From NCBI GenBank assembly GCA_951406725.2, contig OX597834.1:10168001-10232000 (forward strand): 64,000 nt of DNA, given 5' to 3'. Below the pieces are notes generated by a model, which saw only the letters and a program-made list of their open reading frames with translations, did no database searches and was not told the origin of the DNA. Source of the stretch: Octopus vulgaris (taxonomy: Eukaryota). The first letter of the stretch is position 1; every line of letters starts with the position of its first letter. Positions 27,704-40,196 of this stretch are shown piece by piece. Made by a program: the position numbers and the translations under genes.

Positions 27704-27961
27704 TTTGTAAGCAACTTGAAAAAGGTATAGCTGCAGTATTCGGTCCCCTGTCAAGTTCTTCTGCCGCTCACGTACAATCAATATGTTATGCACTGGAGAT
27801 CCCACACTTGCAAACACGATGGGACTCCCGTGATATTAGGGATGTTGATTATTTTTCAATAAATCTTTACCCTCATTACTTGACCTTAAGCCGCGTATTC
27901 TTGGATCTGGTAGTACATTGGAATTGGAAACAATTTACAATATTATATGAGACTAACGACG
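27704..27961 (+). CDS. GRIK2-like: Internal coding exon (258 nt, phase 1-1) of a kainate-type ionotropic glutamate receptor, amino-terminal (LIVBP-like) domain
   Basis: Acceptor tttctcttttctacttgcag| at 27703 and donor G|gtaagt at 27962. Translation (V)CKQLEKGIAAVFGPLSSSSAAHVQSICYALEIPHLQTRWDSRDIRDVDYFSINLYPHYLTLSRVFLDLVVHWNWKQFTILYETND(G) matches the GluK motif C.QL..GVAAIFGP..S.SA.AVQSIC.AL..PHIQTRW...LYP....LS.A..DLV....W...T..Y...G. Exact orthology is not resolved. Confidence 0.95.
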
Positions 27962-28234
27962 GTAAGTACTATTTCACTATTTTTGTTTTCAGTTTCGTTA
28001 AACCTCTTCCTGTTCAATGCATTTTTATACGTCTGTCCTAAACGTCCAGGCTTCTTTTCAAACTTTTAGTTTGCCCTTATTCGTTCCGAGGAATATAAAG
28101 CTTTGCTTTTAGAAGTCCCAATTTATTGGTATTTGAAAAGAAATGGAAATGTGTATCACGCCAGAGAAACATGTGACACACAAGACAAGCAACCCTATAA
28201 ATTAATTAAAATTTTAATAAAACTGGATGGTGAC

Positions 28235-28527
28235 ACGGCGTGGGGGTGTCACATGCTGTGACACCCTCTACGGCCACTTGGTATGTTTGGCTATCAGCCA
28301 TGGCTGTGTTACTTGTCAGCCTGAGAAAAGCAATCTGTCAAAGTGTCAGTCACTCTCTGACAGGTTTATAGTCGAGCTTGTGACAGTGGTAACCTCCGAT
28401 ATATTCGGCCCCCGGATCGTATTCCTGCTCACCACTATCAGGGTGGAGATGGCTGCCCACAAGTGCAAGCTCCGCGAATCAGAGTGGCTGTTCCAGCGCA
28501 CGTCCTACGTCACCCTCCGGAAAAACG
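28235..28527 (+). mobile_element. Decayed C-terminal restriction-like endonuclease region of a probable CRE-clade non-LTR retrotransposon, interrupted by a SINE
   Basis: VTCCDTL...EKSNLSKCQSLSDRFIVELVTVVTSDIFGP...LRESEWLFQRTSYVTLRKN resembles the WD.TC.DT...AE..K..KY..L...F.P.AVET.G..GP...RE..FLFQR.S.AI.RGN pattern as I recall it; locally GC-rich. Confidence 0.55.
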
Positions 28528-28731
28528 ACTTGGCAGAAACGTTAGCGCACCGGGCGAAATGCTTAGCGGTATTTCGTCTGTCGTTACGTTCTGAGTTCAA
28601 ATTCCACTGAGGTCAACTTTGCCTTTCATCCTTTCAGAGACGATAAGTACCAGTTTCGCACTGGGGTCGATGTAATTGACTTACTCCCTTTGTCTGTCCT
28701 TGTTTGTCCCCTTGTGGGCAGTAAAGAAATA
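28528..28731 (+). mobile_element. SINE family B
   Basis: Consensus match. Confidence 0.85.
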
Positions 28732-30084
28732 TATTTTTCTCCTGGGACCCTGAGGCTGTCCAAATAACAAGAAATCGAGAGAATCTAAGAATTTCGTGAC
28801 CTTCTACCCGCACCTGGGTTTTCTCATACTACACATACAAAATCAAAGTTCAGTTTTGATTACTAAGTCAAAGTTGAAAACCAACATTTAATATAAAGCA
28901 TTCTATACAAGCAGTAGAAAGTGTAAGCGATTTTAGAATTTACGTTCATATTTTAGTTAGGTTTTGGCCTTATTTAACCACCTCAGTTAAACATTCTAAT
29001 AAACATCTGATATTAGAATCGCTTTGACAGAACGGGCTGTACATGTGTCGAAATTATTCGCCGATTAAGCAACGTAAATGTTTAAATTCTATAATATCTC
29101 AAAGTTGGTTTCCGCACGAAGACCTTTTAGTTAAGTGAGGGTTAACATATATGATGTATCAAACCAAAAATAATTTCTAGTTAATTAACATTAGACACAT
29201 AATGAAGAGAAAAGTCACGAGAGAGTCAATAAATATTCTTATGAAATGGAAAAGAGTGAAAACTCTAAAATTTGAATTGATTAAAACCTAAATGGAAACA
29301 TGAAGTGGGGAGGTAGAGATATATTTATGATGACAACTGTAGACTGGTAACGACTTATTATACTTTCTCGGTGAAGCAAAGTCTAACAGGAAACTAGCAG
29401 GTCATAGGAATGTCTTTGATTTTCATTTTAAATGACTTTTAGAGTCTATAGATTTTCTGTGAATATAATTCTCGGCTTACGTAAATTAAAGAAATCACAT
29501 ACGAAATGTTCACAGGAATGCTTTCAGCATGAACAAAATAAAGTATATTAGCTCTCTCTGAACTATAAAAATGTTAGTTTTCTAGCATAATTAATCGGCT
29601 TAATCTCGTGTTTTTATTTATTTATTAATTTTTTTTTAAAAATAATTACTGTCAGTTTTAAGTATGAAAGTGATATGAATGTATTGAAAAAGAATTTTTA
29701 TGCCAATTCTTTGATGTCATTTATCATTAAAGAGATTAAACAGATCGTATAATCTATAAAATATTGAAAATACAGCTAAATATGAATATTTATGGTTAAA
29801 TCAGTAGAGAAAAATCATTGCTCATGGCTTTTAGAGAGCCATCAAGACTTGTAGGGGTGAGGGGGGGGGGGGGGAATTTTTTTCCTCAGATCAGAGACAT
29901 AACTTGACTACATGCTATAGAGTGGACTCTGCGAAAGGCAGGAGGAGGTGGTTTCCAGCCAGGAGAAAGATTAAGTTCACCTTACAAAAGATGACACTCA
30001 TTTCGAAGGCTGACCACGCATTTTCTGTCAATAAAATTTCCATCCCAATTTTTTGACCAGCGTGATTAAATATATCACTATTTT

Positions 30085-30465
30085 TTCTTGTTTCAGTCAT
30101 TTGATTGTTGCCTTGCTGAAACACCGCCTTTTAGTCGAGCAAATCGACCCCCCAAGACTTACTCTTTGTAAACCTAGTACTATCGGTCTCTTTTGCCGAA
30201 CCGCTAAGTTACGGGGACGTAAACACACCAGCATCGGTTGTAGAAGCGATGTTGGATCGACAAACACACACACACACATATATATATATATACATATATA
30301 CGACGGGCTTCTTTCAGTTTCCCTCTACCAAATCCAGTCACAAGGATTTGGTCGGCCCGAGACTATAGTAGAAGACACTTGCCCCAGGTCCCACACAGTG
30401 GGATGGAGCCCGGGACCAAGTGGTTCGTAAGCAAGCTACTTACCACACAGCCACTCTTACGCCTA
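30085..30465 (-). mobile_element. SINE family A, full length
   Basis: Consensus match; a diverged + strand relative follows at about 30707-31108. Confidence 0.88.
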
Positions 30466-31134
30466 TCAACTTTTTTTTTCTTTTTATATAGCCAAATAGG
30501 ATGATAGTACTGCAATATTCACTCAATATTGAATAATTGTCATAGTGAGTGTGACTGGTGATGTAAGATGCAAGATCATTAAGAACAAGTATTTAATTAA
30601 CATTTATCGATAATTTATACTTATATTTAATGTAGTTAATGTTGTTAGTAATTATAAGAAACTCGTGAATATATAATATCGAATTGTAGCAATATACTGA
30701 GTTAAAGGCGCAGGCTGTGTGGTAAGAAACTTGGTTCTCAACCACGAGGTTCCGGGTTCAGTCCCACTGCGTTGCACATTGGCCAAGTGTCTTCTACTAT
30801 CGCTACGGGCCGACCAAATCCTTGTGAGTGGATTTGGTGGAAAGAAACACAAAGAAGCCCATCATATATACATACGTGTGTGTGTGTGTGTGTGCGTGCG
30901 TGCGTGCTACTGTATTTGTCCCTTGCCACAATTTCACAATTAGTGTTAGTGAGTTTACGTCCCCGTAAATTAGCGGTTCAGCAAAAGGACCGATAGCTGA
31001 AGTACTTGACTTAAAAAAAAAAAAAGGGTAGAGGGGCTAGGGTCGATTCATTCGACTAAAATTCTGCAAAGCAGTATCCCAGAATGGCTGCAAAGAAGTA
31101 AAAGATGAAATGTTTATGTATGGAAAATGTAATA

Positions 31135-31855
31135 CCGTAAATCCTCGAGTATAATCCGCATTTTCTGCCTGAAATATATACGAGGTTAAAAATGAAAAAA
31201 AAAATTCTAAGCAATGTCCACTCAGTATATGCTGTCTAGCTATGTTTATTCAGACGCATTTTGTGATGTCGGGTGCGAAAATACCTAAAGCTAAGCCTGA
31301 AATCAATGAAGTCATAAAAGAATCATCCATAACTTGCAGTAAACAACATTTATTAAACGTTATTTCTGTTATTACTGTTATTTCTTTATTTTCTGCAAGC
31401 AAAATGCACAAAAAAGCTACACGTTTGCATTATGTTATATATATATATATATACACTAATAATAAAGGACATTACCGTATACACTTTTACAAACCAAGGA
31501 CGTTGCATAGACCTCCTTGACTCAACTTAGAGAAGCGGCGAGCTGGCAAAATCGTTAGCACGCAGGGCGAAATGCGTAGCGGTATTTCGTCTGCTGTTAC
31601 GTTCTGAGTTCAAATTCCGCCGAGGTCGACTTTGCCGTTCATCCTTTCGGAGTCGATAAATTAAGTACCAGTTACGCATTCGGGTCGATATAATCGACTT
31701 AATCCCTCTGTCTATCTTTGTCCCCTCTATGTTTAGCCTCTTGTGGGCAATAATGAAATATATTATACACAAGGTTTAGGTTTTTCATAGGTACAGCCCC
31801 CTAAAAATCCCAGTCCTATTATAGTCAAGGGCGGACTATACTCGAGGATTTACGG
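31135..31855. mobile_element. Tc1/mariner-superfamily (pogo-like) MITE with a nested SINE B at about 31533-31762
   Basis: TA|ccgtaaatcctcgagtataatccgc ... gcggactatactcgaggatttacgg|TA: 25-bp TIRs with one mismatch and a TA duplication. Confidence 0.88.
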
Positions 31856-32419
31856 TATATTTTTTTTTAAATCATCGTTAATTCTATAATAGAGAATAGC
31901 ACCGGTACAATACCATATTATTTCTTTCTTTCATCAATACGTGATCTTCACTAAAATTCAAAACACTACAATGGAATGACAACTGAACCGTAGACCCATT
32001 TCTGCTTGTCCGATATACCGCCAAATCAGTCATCCATCACTTCTATGAGAACACCCGCGATGAGATACAATGACAGACTTTCTAGGTCAACTCTTGAAAT
32101 TCCATTAATTCATCTAACCATGACTCTGCCACACTTGCTCATCTTTTTATAAACGACGTCAGCCATATTATGAACATTAATCCACTCTTGTCTTGTACCA
32201 CAAGCAATTCAACAGCAGCTGGCTTATTGTTTCCGTAGCCAATGGTTACGATCGTCTAGTACATTCTCTGTGTATATTCACACAGAGAATGTACTGGATG
32301 ACCTCTTGCCATTCCTCATATCCTTTAAGCTTTCTGGTTGTCACGGACAACGGATTTGAACTATTACCATGTTTTTGCTTAGCTATCTGTTTACGCGACA
32401 GATAACGCAGGCATACTCA

Positions 32420-32607
32420 TCTACTTGTTTCTGTCATTTCACTGTGGCCCCTGCTGGAGCACCGCCTTTAGCCGGGCAAATCCACCCCAGGGTTTATTCT
32501 TTGTAAGCCTAGTACTTATTTTATCGTTCTCTTTTGCCGAACCGCTAAGTTATGGGGACGTAAACACACCAGCATCGGTTGTCAAGCGATGATACGAACA
32601 CACACAA

Positions 32608-32646
<39 letters not shown>

Positions 32647-33175
32647 AGGCGCAGGAGTGGCTGTGTGGTAAGTAGCTTGTTTACCAACCACATGGTTCCG
32701 GGTTCATTCCCACTGTGTGGCACCTTGGGCAAGTGTCTTCTACTATAGCCTCGGGCCGACCAAAGCCTTGTGAGTGGATTTGGTAGACGGAAACTGAAAG
32801 AAGCCCGTCGTATATATGTATATATATGCGTGTGTGTGTTTGTGTGTTTGTCCCCTTAGCATTGCTTGACAACTGATGCTGGTGTGTTTATGTCCCCGTT
32901 ACTTAGCGGTTCGGCAAAAGAGACCGATAGAATAAGTACTGGGCTTACAAAAGAATAAGTCCCGGTGTCGAGTTGCTCGATTAAAGGTGGTGCTCCAGCA
33001 TGGCCGCAGTCAAATGACTGAAACAAGTAAAAGAGTAAAAGAGAGAGTTAGATAAATTTCGACCAAAGATTCGTCCAGGCCATGTCTAACTTAATAGCAC
33101 CACCTGATAGGATTATCTAAATTCTGTTTAAGTCAAGTTTTGTTCATGGTCCATTCAAGTAGTGAGTTTTTGTTG

Positions 33176-33226
<51 letters not shown>

Positions 33227-33372
33227 GGCGGGCTTCTTTCAGTTTCTGTCAACCAAATCCACTCACAAGGCTTTGGTCGGCCCAAGGCTATTGTAGAAGA
33301 CACTTGCCCAAGGTGCCACGCAGTGGGATCGAACCCGGAACCATGTGGTTGGTAAGCAAGCTACTTTCCACA
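32420..33372. mobile_element. SINE A cluster: 3' half (-) 32420-32640, full copy (+) 32648-33047, 5' half (-) 33226-33372
   Basis: Consensus matches; both half copies break at the internal (TA)n. Confidence 0.85.
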
Positions 33373-34232
33373 TTTGAACTCAGAACAGCCATATGGAAGG
33401 ACACGTTCTATATTTGCCTCAATTTTCTTTTTTCTTTTTTTTTTTTTCCTCAATGCACTTTTTCAGTGACGCAGGCATGGCTGAGTGGTTGAGAAGCTTC
33501 CGGTGCAATCACGTGGTTTCGATTTCAGTGTCAGTGCAGAGCACCTTGAGCGAATGTCTTTTGCTATAGTTATGTGTCGACCAATCACTGGTGAACTTGG
33601 TAGTTAAAAAGCCTGTTTTGTGTGTGTATGTGTCTGTGTTTATATACCCACTGTTGGTTTGAAACCAGTGTTGGTTTGATTACATCCCCTTCACTTCAGC
33701 AAAAGAAAAGCTAGAACGAATACCTGATTTTACAAAATAATACCAAGGTTTATCTGTTCGACTACAAAACCTCTTCAAGACGATACTCCAGCATGGCCAC
33801 TGATCAGTGAGTGAAACAAGTAGAAGATGAATTACAACAGATTAATTGATCATATAAGACATTCTTGGATAGACCAAGGCTTGTTGTGCTTTGATCTCAC
33901 TGAAATCTGTCTTGGATTCTCCAATCATTGACTTGAATACTTCTTATGTTCTTTCCAATCTGACATAATGAGGATTTCCAAGGTTTTGAAGTTATCAGCT
34001 TGTATCAAATTTGTTCCATCCATCTTTGTACTGCAAATTAATGGCGCTTCATTTGAGATTGCCATAACCCCTATTTTTTGACTGTTTGTACTGCGGTTCC
34101 CCTCATTAATCGACGTTAATCATTAATAGTACTAATAAATATCTGTAAATCTTTCTCTAATGTTGCTGTGAGCAACGTATCGTCTAAATCTTATTTCATT
34201 TGTACTTCTGTAGATTGACAAGTCGATATGCG

Positions 34233-34641
34233 TACTCTTTACTCGCTCTTTTACTCTTTGACTTGTTTCGGTCATTTGACTGCGGACCTGCTGGAGCACC
34301 GCCTTTAATCGAGCAAATCGACCCCGGGACTTATTCTTTGTAAGCCCAGTACGTATTCTATCGGTCTCTTTTGCCGAACCGCTAAGTAACGGGGACATAA
34401 ACATACCAGCATCAGTTGTCAAGCGATGTTGTGGGGACAAATACAGACACACAAACATAGACGCATATATATATATATATATACGACGGGCTTCTTTCAG
34501 TTTCCGTCTACCAAATCCACTCACAAGGCTTTAGTCGGCCCGAGGCTATAGCAGGAGACACTTGCCCAAGGTGCCACGCAGTGGGACTGAACCCGGAACC
34601 GTGTGGTTGGTAAGCAAGCTACTTACCACACAGCCACTCCT
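34233..34641 (-). mobile_element. SINE family A, full length
   Basis: Consensus match including the (ttttactc)n tail. Confidence 0.9.
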
Positions 34642-35728
34642 CATGTTTAACATTTTACATAGAGAGAACATATGTGTTTGGGTGAGATTAATGAAGTGGA
34701 TTTTCAGTTTGATCTTCGTCCTGAATATATAGTAGAAAGGTGGAAATTCCAGAAAATTGCATTTCAACAAAATGTTTATTGGACGAAATATTTACTGCGT
34801 AGTACAACAGCGAGAACCAACAGAGAATATAAGAAAACTATGTTGAGTGCGTAGTAGTAGTAATCAAAGAGAAAATGAATTGCAACGATGTAAAAACAGT
34901 AAAAAATACAGTGAGCAGAAAAGAAAAAAACAGCAGAATACAAATGAGTCTGCAGGCCAGTGTTTTAGATATATTGGTGAATGAGATATTGCCGGTCGGT
35001 TTTGGCCTTATTGGCTACAATCTGTAGCTGAGTGAATTAGGAGAAAAAAAACAGACCCTTCCCAAAGAATTAAATATCAACGAAAAACCAAAAAAGAAAC
35101 GAGCATTATAAACTGTTAGCAGTAGATCAACGCGGAATACTTTCTGCGTTCGATAAGAAATGTAGTATTTGAAAGCAGAACGATCATGTTGAGATATCAT
35201 TAGAGGTTAGGAAACTTAGAATTTGTTGCAAATGGGAAGAAAGTATAGTGATATATACAGTGACATGTATAATAATTATTTGATAGTCATCGTCTTCTCG
35301 TTTCAACGAGTTGTTGTAAAGCAAAAGCTCGGTTGTGAATGATCAGGAAGCCGTCTAAAATCCGAAAAGCAACCTGTGTTTCTGTTTCTCCATCGTTGAA
35401 AATCTGAAGTCCATAAGACACTGTCTAATATGGAGTTCCTGATCCATCCGTTGGAGAATACGTCAGATATAAGGTATTTAAAACAGCAGTTGAGAATACT
35501 CTTCACACTGGTACCCGTTAAAGATACCTATCTTACTATGGTCGTCTTTGAATGGATTGTTTAGCTCTTATCCGTTACTTCTTTCAGTCATTGAAATGCG
35601 GTCATGCGCGGTGCCGACTTTGCGCTACGTAGTCAAAAATTTCGACCCCTGTACCATTCGTCCTTTTGTTAAAATCTGACCATTATTCTATCAGTCCTCT
35701 TGCTGAAGCGACCCCCCCCCTCTCTCTC

Positions 35729-35771
<43 letters not shown>

Positions 35772-35775
<4 letters not shown>

Positions 35776-36172
35776 TCGACTGAGACTGAACAAGGAAACA
35801 TTCTTCATTGAAAAGTACAAACCCAGACTCAACCATCCGAACATACTGACACAGAGAAATTAACAAGGAAATGGGAAAAAAATTTTTTAAGCGATTATCT
35901 CCCCTACACCGGAAAAAATCACTCACTACCTCCCCTTATTTAGAAATCTCCTGAAATAAAAACAACGATAAATCCATGCAATATAAACATAACGTCACAA
36001 GAAATTTGAAAAGCTACACGCGAAACCGGTAATTTCTTTAAAAATTTAAAAATTATGTCATTTTAAGGAAAGGAAAAAAATTTTTCCAATATTCTCCATA
36101 TTTTGACACAAATATATATATCTTTTAACATTTAAGCCTTCTGTCGTTTTTTCACACTTTACTATTTTCTTA
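35772..36172 (+). mobile_element. 5'-truncated Penelope-like element: GIY-YIG C-terminal end followed by a degenerate hammerhead
   Basis: RLNKETFFIEKYKPRLN (R..KE..FI....P.LN motif), stop at 35863. Then aagaaat-TTGAAAA-gc(tacac)gc-GAAA-ccgg-TA-atttctt at 35999-36038. (TA)n on both sides. Confidence 0.7.
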
Positions 36173-36176
36173 TATA

Positions 36177-36219
<43 letters not shown>

Positions 36220-36327
36220 CATATAACTATATATATATTACATAAATAATATATATATATAACGTAAATAATATATAACGATATGTATATATACATATAT
36301 GTACATACCTACATCTATATATATATG

Positions 36328-36537
36328 GGTACAGGACATCAACAACAAAAAACCGTTGAACACAATGAGAAACGAAAACATAAAAACAAAAACATATATA
36401 TATCAGGGACAACTGAAGAAGGGGAATATTCCTTCTGTTGTATGTTTTTTCGTTGTTTGAAAAAAAGTTCGTTTCCATGTTTATGTTTTCGTTTCTCATT
36501 GTGTTCAACGTTTTTTTTTTTGTTCATGTCCTGTACC
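36328..36537. repeat. Inverted pair of a dispersed repeat (family E; other copies at about 12008-12049 and 24895-25043)
   Basis: ggtacaggacat...cgttgaacacaatgagaaacgaaaacataaa versus tttatgttttcgtttctcattgtgttcaacg...atgtcctgtacc. Confidence 0.8.
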
Positions 36538-36604
36538 TATATATGCATGTATATATACATATAGATATGTATGTACATATATGTAAGTATATATGCATAT
36601 ATAT

Positions 36605-36805
36605 CCCTGGAGAAGGACACCATGCTCGGAATGGTCAGTGGCAAGAGAGGAAGAGGCCAACCAAGATCCCGCTGGCTTGATACTATCAAGAGTGACACCG
36701 GAATGGACATGGCCAATCTGAAAGAAGCGGCCCAGGATAGAACTGGCTGGAGGACACTGATCCAACGAGTAACCGAGAGTCGCCTTCGACTGAGCGGATA
36801 AGGAA

Positions 36806-36810
<5 letters not shown>
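36605..36810 (+). mobile_element. RTE/BovB-type LINE 3' fragment
   Basis: LEKDTMLGMVSGKRGRGQPRSRWLDTIK...AAQDRTGWRTLIQRVTESRLRLSG*; near-identical to 45280-45476. Confidence 0.85.
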
Positions 36811-36840
<30 letters not shown>

Positions 36841-36844
36841 TTGA

Positions 36845-37136
36845 TATATATGAAAACAAGTCAAAAAAAAATTATTTTTATTCTGAGACTCACTAAAAAT
36901 TAAATTTTAAAATTTGTTAGAAAATTTGGAATACTAGTATGTTCAGATAGATTCTCGACCCTGTTTGCACTTGTATTCGAGTCGAATACACAAGTGCAAA
37001 AGAAGCGAAAATATCTGAACACTACTATGGAGTTTCCCCTTTCTTCAATTTTCTAAATTTTTCAAAATTTAATTATTTAATCGTTACAGTTGGTTCAAAA
37101 TGACCAAATTGATTCCTACTATATTTTATTTTTTCA

Positions 37137-37140
<4 letters not shown>
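36845..37140. repeat. Palindromic (fold-back / MITE-like) element centred at 36981
   Basis: tttgcacttgtattcga-g-tcgaatac(ac)aagtgcaaa, with outer matching pairs tgttcagata/tatctgaaca and tagaaaatt/aattttcta. Confidence 0.7.
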
Positions 37141-37168
<28 letters not shown>

Positions 37169-38369
37169 CGACTACCTAACTCACTCAAAAAAGCAGTAGT
37201 CGGCCCAGGACGATAGTCAAAATTTAGTGGTGCCTGCAGTGAGATTGAAGCAGGAACTATATGGTCGCAAAACCAGCTTAGGCAGAGATTCATTAAGGTT
37301 TGGAGTCGATTGCATCATTCATATTTGTAGAATTCTAATTATTGTAACAACACCGGAGGCAGGAAATGGCCATTCGACTCGAGTGAGATTTGAAGTATGA
37401 TGGAAAAGGACGGAAACTAATTTATTTACAGCAAGTCATTTTGCTATGCTTACAAAGGATTCTGTCGTTTCACAGACTTGTTTGATATTGAGATGATGTT
37501 AGTAAGATGTCTTAGTCGTCTGGGCATTTAACTTGCTGAAATTATGAAGTCAAGTTATAAAACACAATGTATTGCTTAATAAACACGGCTACTGCATTTT
37601 CCGAACCAGAAAAATTACAACTAACACCAATGTCCGTGGATGAGTTCGTAATGGGGGGGGGGAGAAGGACAAACACAGTCACACACCAATAAATATATAT
37701 CTATATACATACATACTTACACATATACACACACACACACATATATATATATACACACATATATACACATACATACATGCATACATACATACGTAAATGC
37801 TGAACGATGGAAATGAGTGTAATTTCTTGGGATTAATTTCTTGATCTTCGCTTGACAACCGATGCTGGTGTGTTTACGTCCCCGTAACTTAGCGGTTCGG
37901 CAAAATGGACCGATAGAATAAATACTAGTCTTCCAAAGAATAAGTCCTGGGATCGATTTGCTCGACTAAAGGCGCAGTCAAACGACTGAAACAAGTAAAC
38001 GAGTAAAAAGTGTGTGTGCATATATATATAACGAAGATGGCTAGACGCAATATAAAAACAAAAGGGGTGTGTATGCATGTACACATACACAAACACACAC
38101 AAACATTGAGAGGCAGAGTGACAGGCAGAGGAAGGAGATATATAATCAGACTGACATACAGACAGATTTATATAGATAGAAGGATAGGTAGATACAGTGG
38201 TAATTTCTATAAAAAGTGGTGCACTGAAATTATAACCTAATAGAGATAAGGTTCAACTTATGAATTATTGATTAAATCATTTAAATATTTATTTTGCTAA
38301 CAATAAAAGGTCGATGTCAAATTATGCAAGCATCGCACACAAACACATTGATGCATAGACACAGACGCA

Positions 38370-39250
38370 TATATATATATATGCACTCACATACAAGCTC
38401 AAACACATATACATGCACATATATATATATGCATATATGTGTATATATACATATATATACACATATATGCATATATGTGTATATATACATATATATACAT
38501 GTATATATGCGTATATATACATATATACACATGTATATATGCGTATATATACATATATACACATGTATATATGCGTATATATACATATATACACATGTAT
38601 ATATATGCGTATATATACATATATACACATGTATATATGCGTATATATACATATATACACATGTATATATATTTATATATATATATATATACACACACGC
38701 ACAAGTATATATATGTATACACATGTATATATATGTATACACATGTATATATATATACACACATGTATATATATACACACATGTATACATGCATATATAT
38801 ACACTTGTATATATACATACACACATGTATACATGCATATATATATATACACTTGTATATATACATGTATATATATACACACATATATATATATACACAC
38901 ATATATATACACACATATATATATACACACACACATATACACACACACATATACACACATATATACACACATATATACACAAATATATACACACATATAT
39001 ATATACACACATATATATATACACATATATATACACACACACATATACACACACACATATATACACACATATATACACACATATATACACGCATATATAT
39101 ATACACACATATATATATACGTATATATATATATATATACACACATATATATATACACACATATATATATACACACATATATATACACGCATATATACAT
39201 ATATGTATATATATGTATATATGTACTGTTATTTATATACATTTATATAT
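38370..39250. repeat. Compound (TA)/(CA) microsatellite with ~32-bp higher-order units
   Basis: gcgtatatatacatatatacacatgtatatat repeated about 5 times near 38509-38670. Confidence 0.9.
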
Positions 39251-39678
39251 GTGTAAGTATATTGTATGTAGTTATGCATGTAAGTGGATGGGGGTGTAGA
39301 TATGAGGTTATGCGCGCGTAATTTTAAAGGGGGGCGGCTTGAATCAAAATTGTTTTCTCCAAGCGCCTGACATTTTAGCGATTAGACTGAAGTTTCTGTT
39401 AGAAGTTCATGAACTGTTACGTCTATTTTAATAAAGGATGACACGTGCCAATCATATATACAGAGGAATATACAGAAAAATAGATTTCAGATAGACATAC
39501 ATATACATACAGAAACATACACACAAACACACACACACACACACACACATACTTAGATAGATAGAAAGATAGATGATATACATATACATACATGCATTCA
39601 TACATACACATATGCACACGTGCATACATACGCACACACAGACACACACACAACACACACACACATATATATATATGC

Positions 39679-40196
39679 GCGGAGGCGCATGGCCTATTGG
39701 TTAGAGCAGCGGATTCGCGGTCAAGGGGTCGCGGGTTCGAATCTCAGACCGGGCGAAATACCTAAGCTCCACGCGGATCCGGCAGAAGGTAATAGCGAAC
39801 TTCTGCTGACAACTTTCTCTCACTCTTTCCTCCTGCATCTTGCAGCTCACCTGCGACGGACCAGCGTTCCGTCCAGGTGGGGAACCTATACGCCAAGGAA
39901 ACGGGGAAACCGGCCCTATGAGCCAGGCATAGAAAGAAGAAATGTTCCTTCTCGGACCATGCCAGGCTCATAAAGGCCGGTTTCCCGGTTTTAGTGGCGT
40001 AGACGGGACGTCGTAGGATTACTCATTTTTGCCAGCTGAGAGGACTGGAGCAACGTGAAATGAAGTGTTTTGCTGAAGAACACAATGCATTGCCCGGTCC
40101 AGGAATCGAAACCACAACCTTACGATCATGTGCGCAAGACCCTAACCACTAAGCCACGCGCCTCCACATGAGCCAGGCATGGCTCAAGAAGGAACG
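39679..40196 (+). mobile_element. SINE (C-like head) interrupted by an antisense SINE at 39931-40167
   Basis: The 13-bp duplication atgagccaggcat at 39918-39930 and 40168-40180 flanks the nested minus-strand copy. Confidence 0.85.

Noticed and set aside
27679-28041. The ORF-track 120-aa protein as a complete gene
   Set aside because: The first 8 and last ~25 residues are intron read-through; splice sites delimit the real exon at 27704-27961.
35290-35520. Minus-strand QVAFR...AFALQQLVE resembling a LINE reverse transcriptase motif
   Set aside because: The expected following F.D..KAFD motif is absent; too weak to call.
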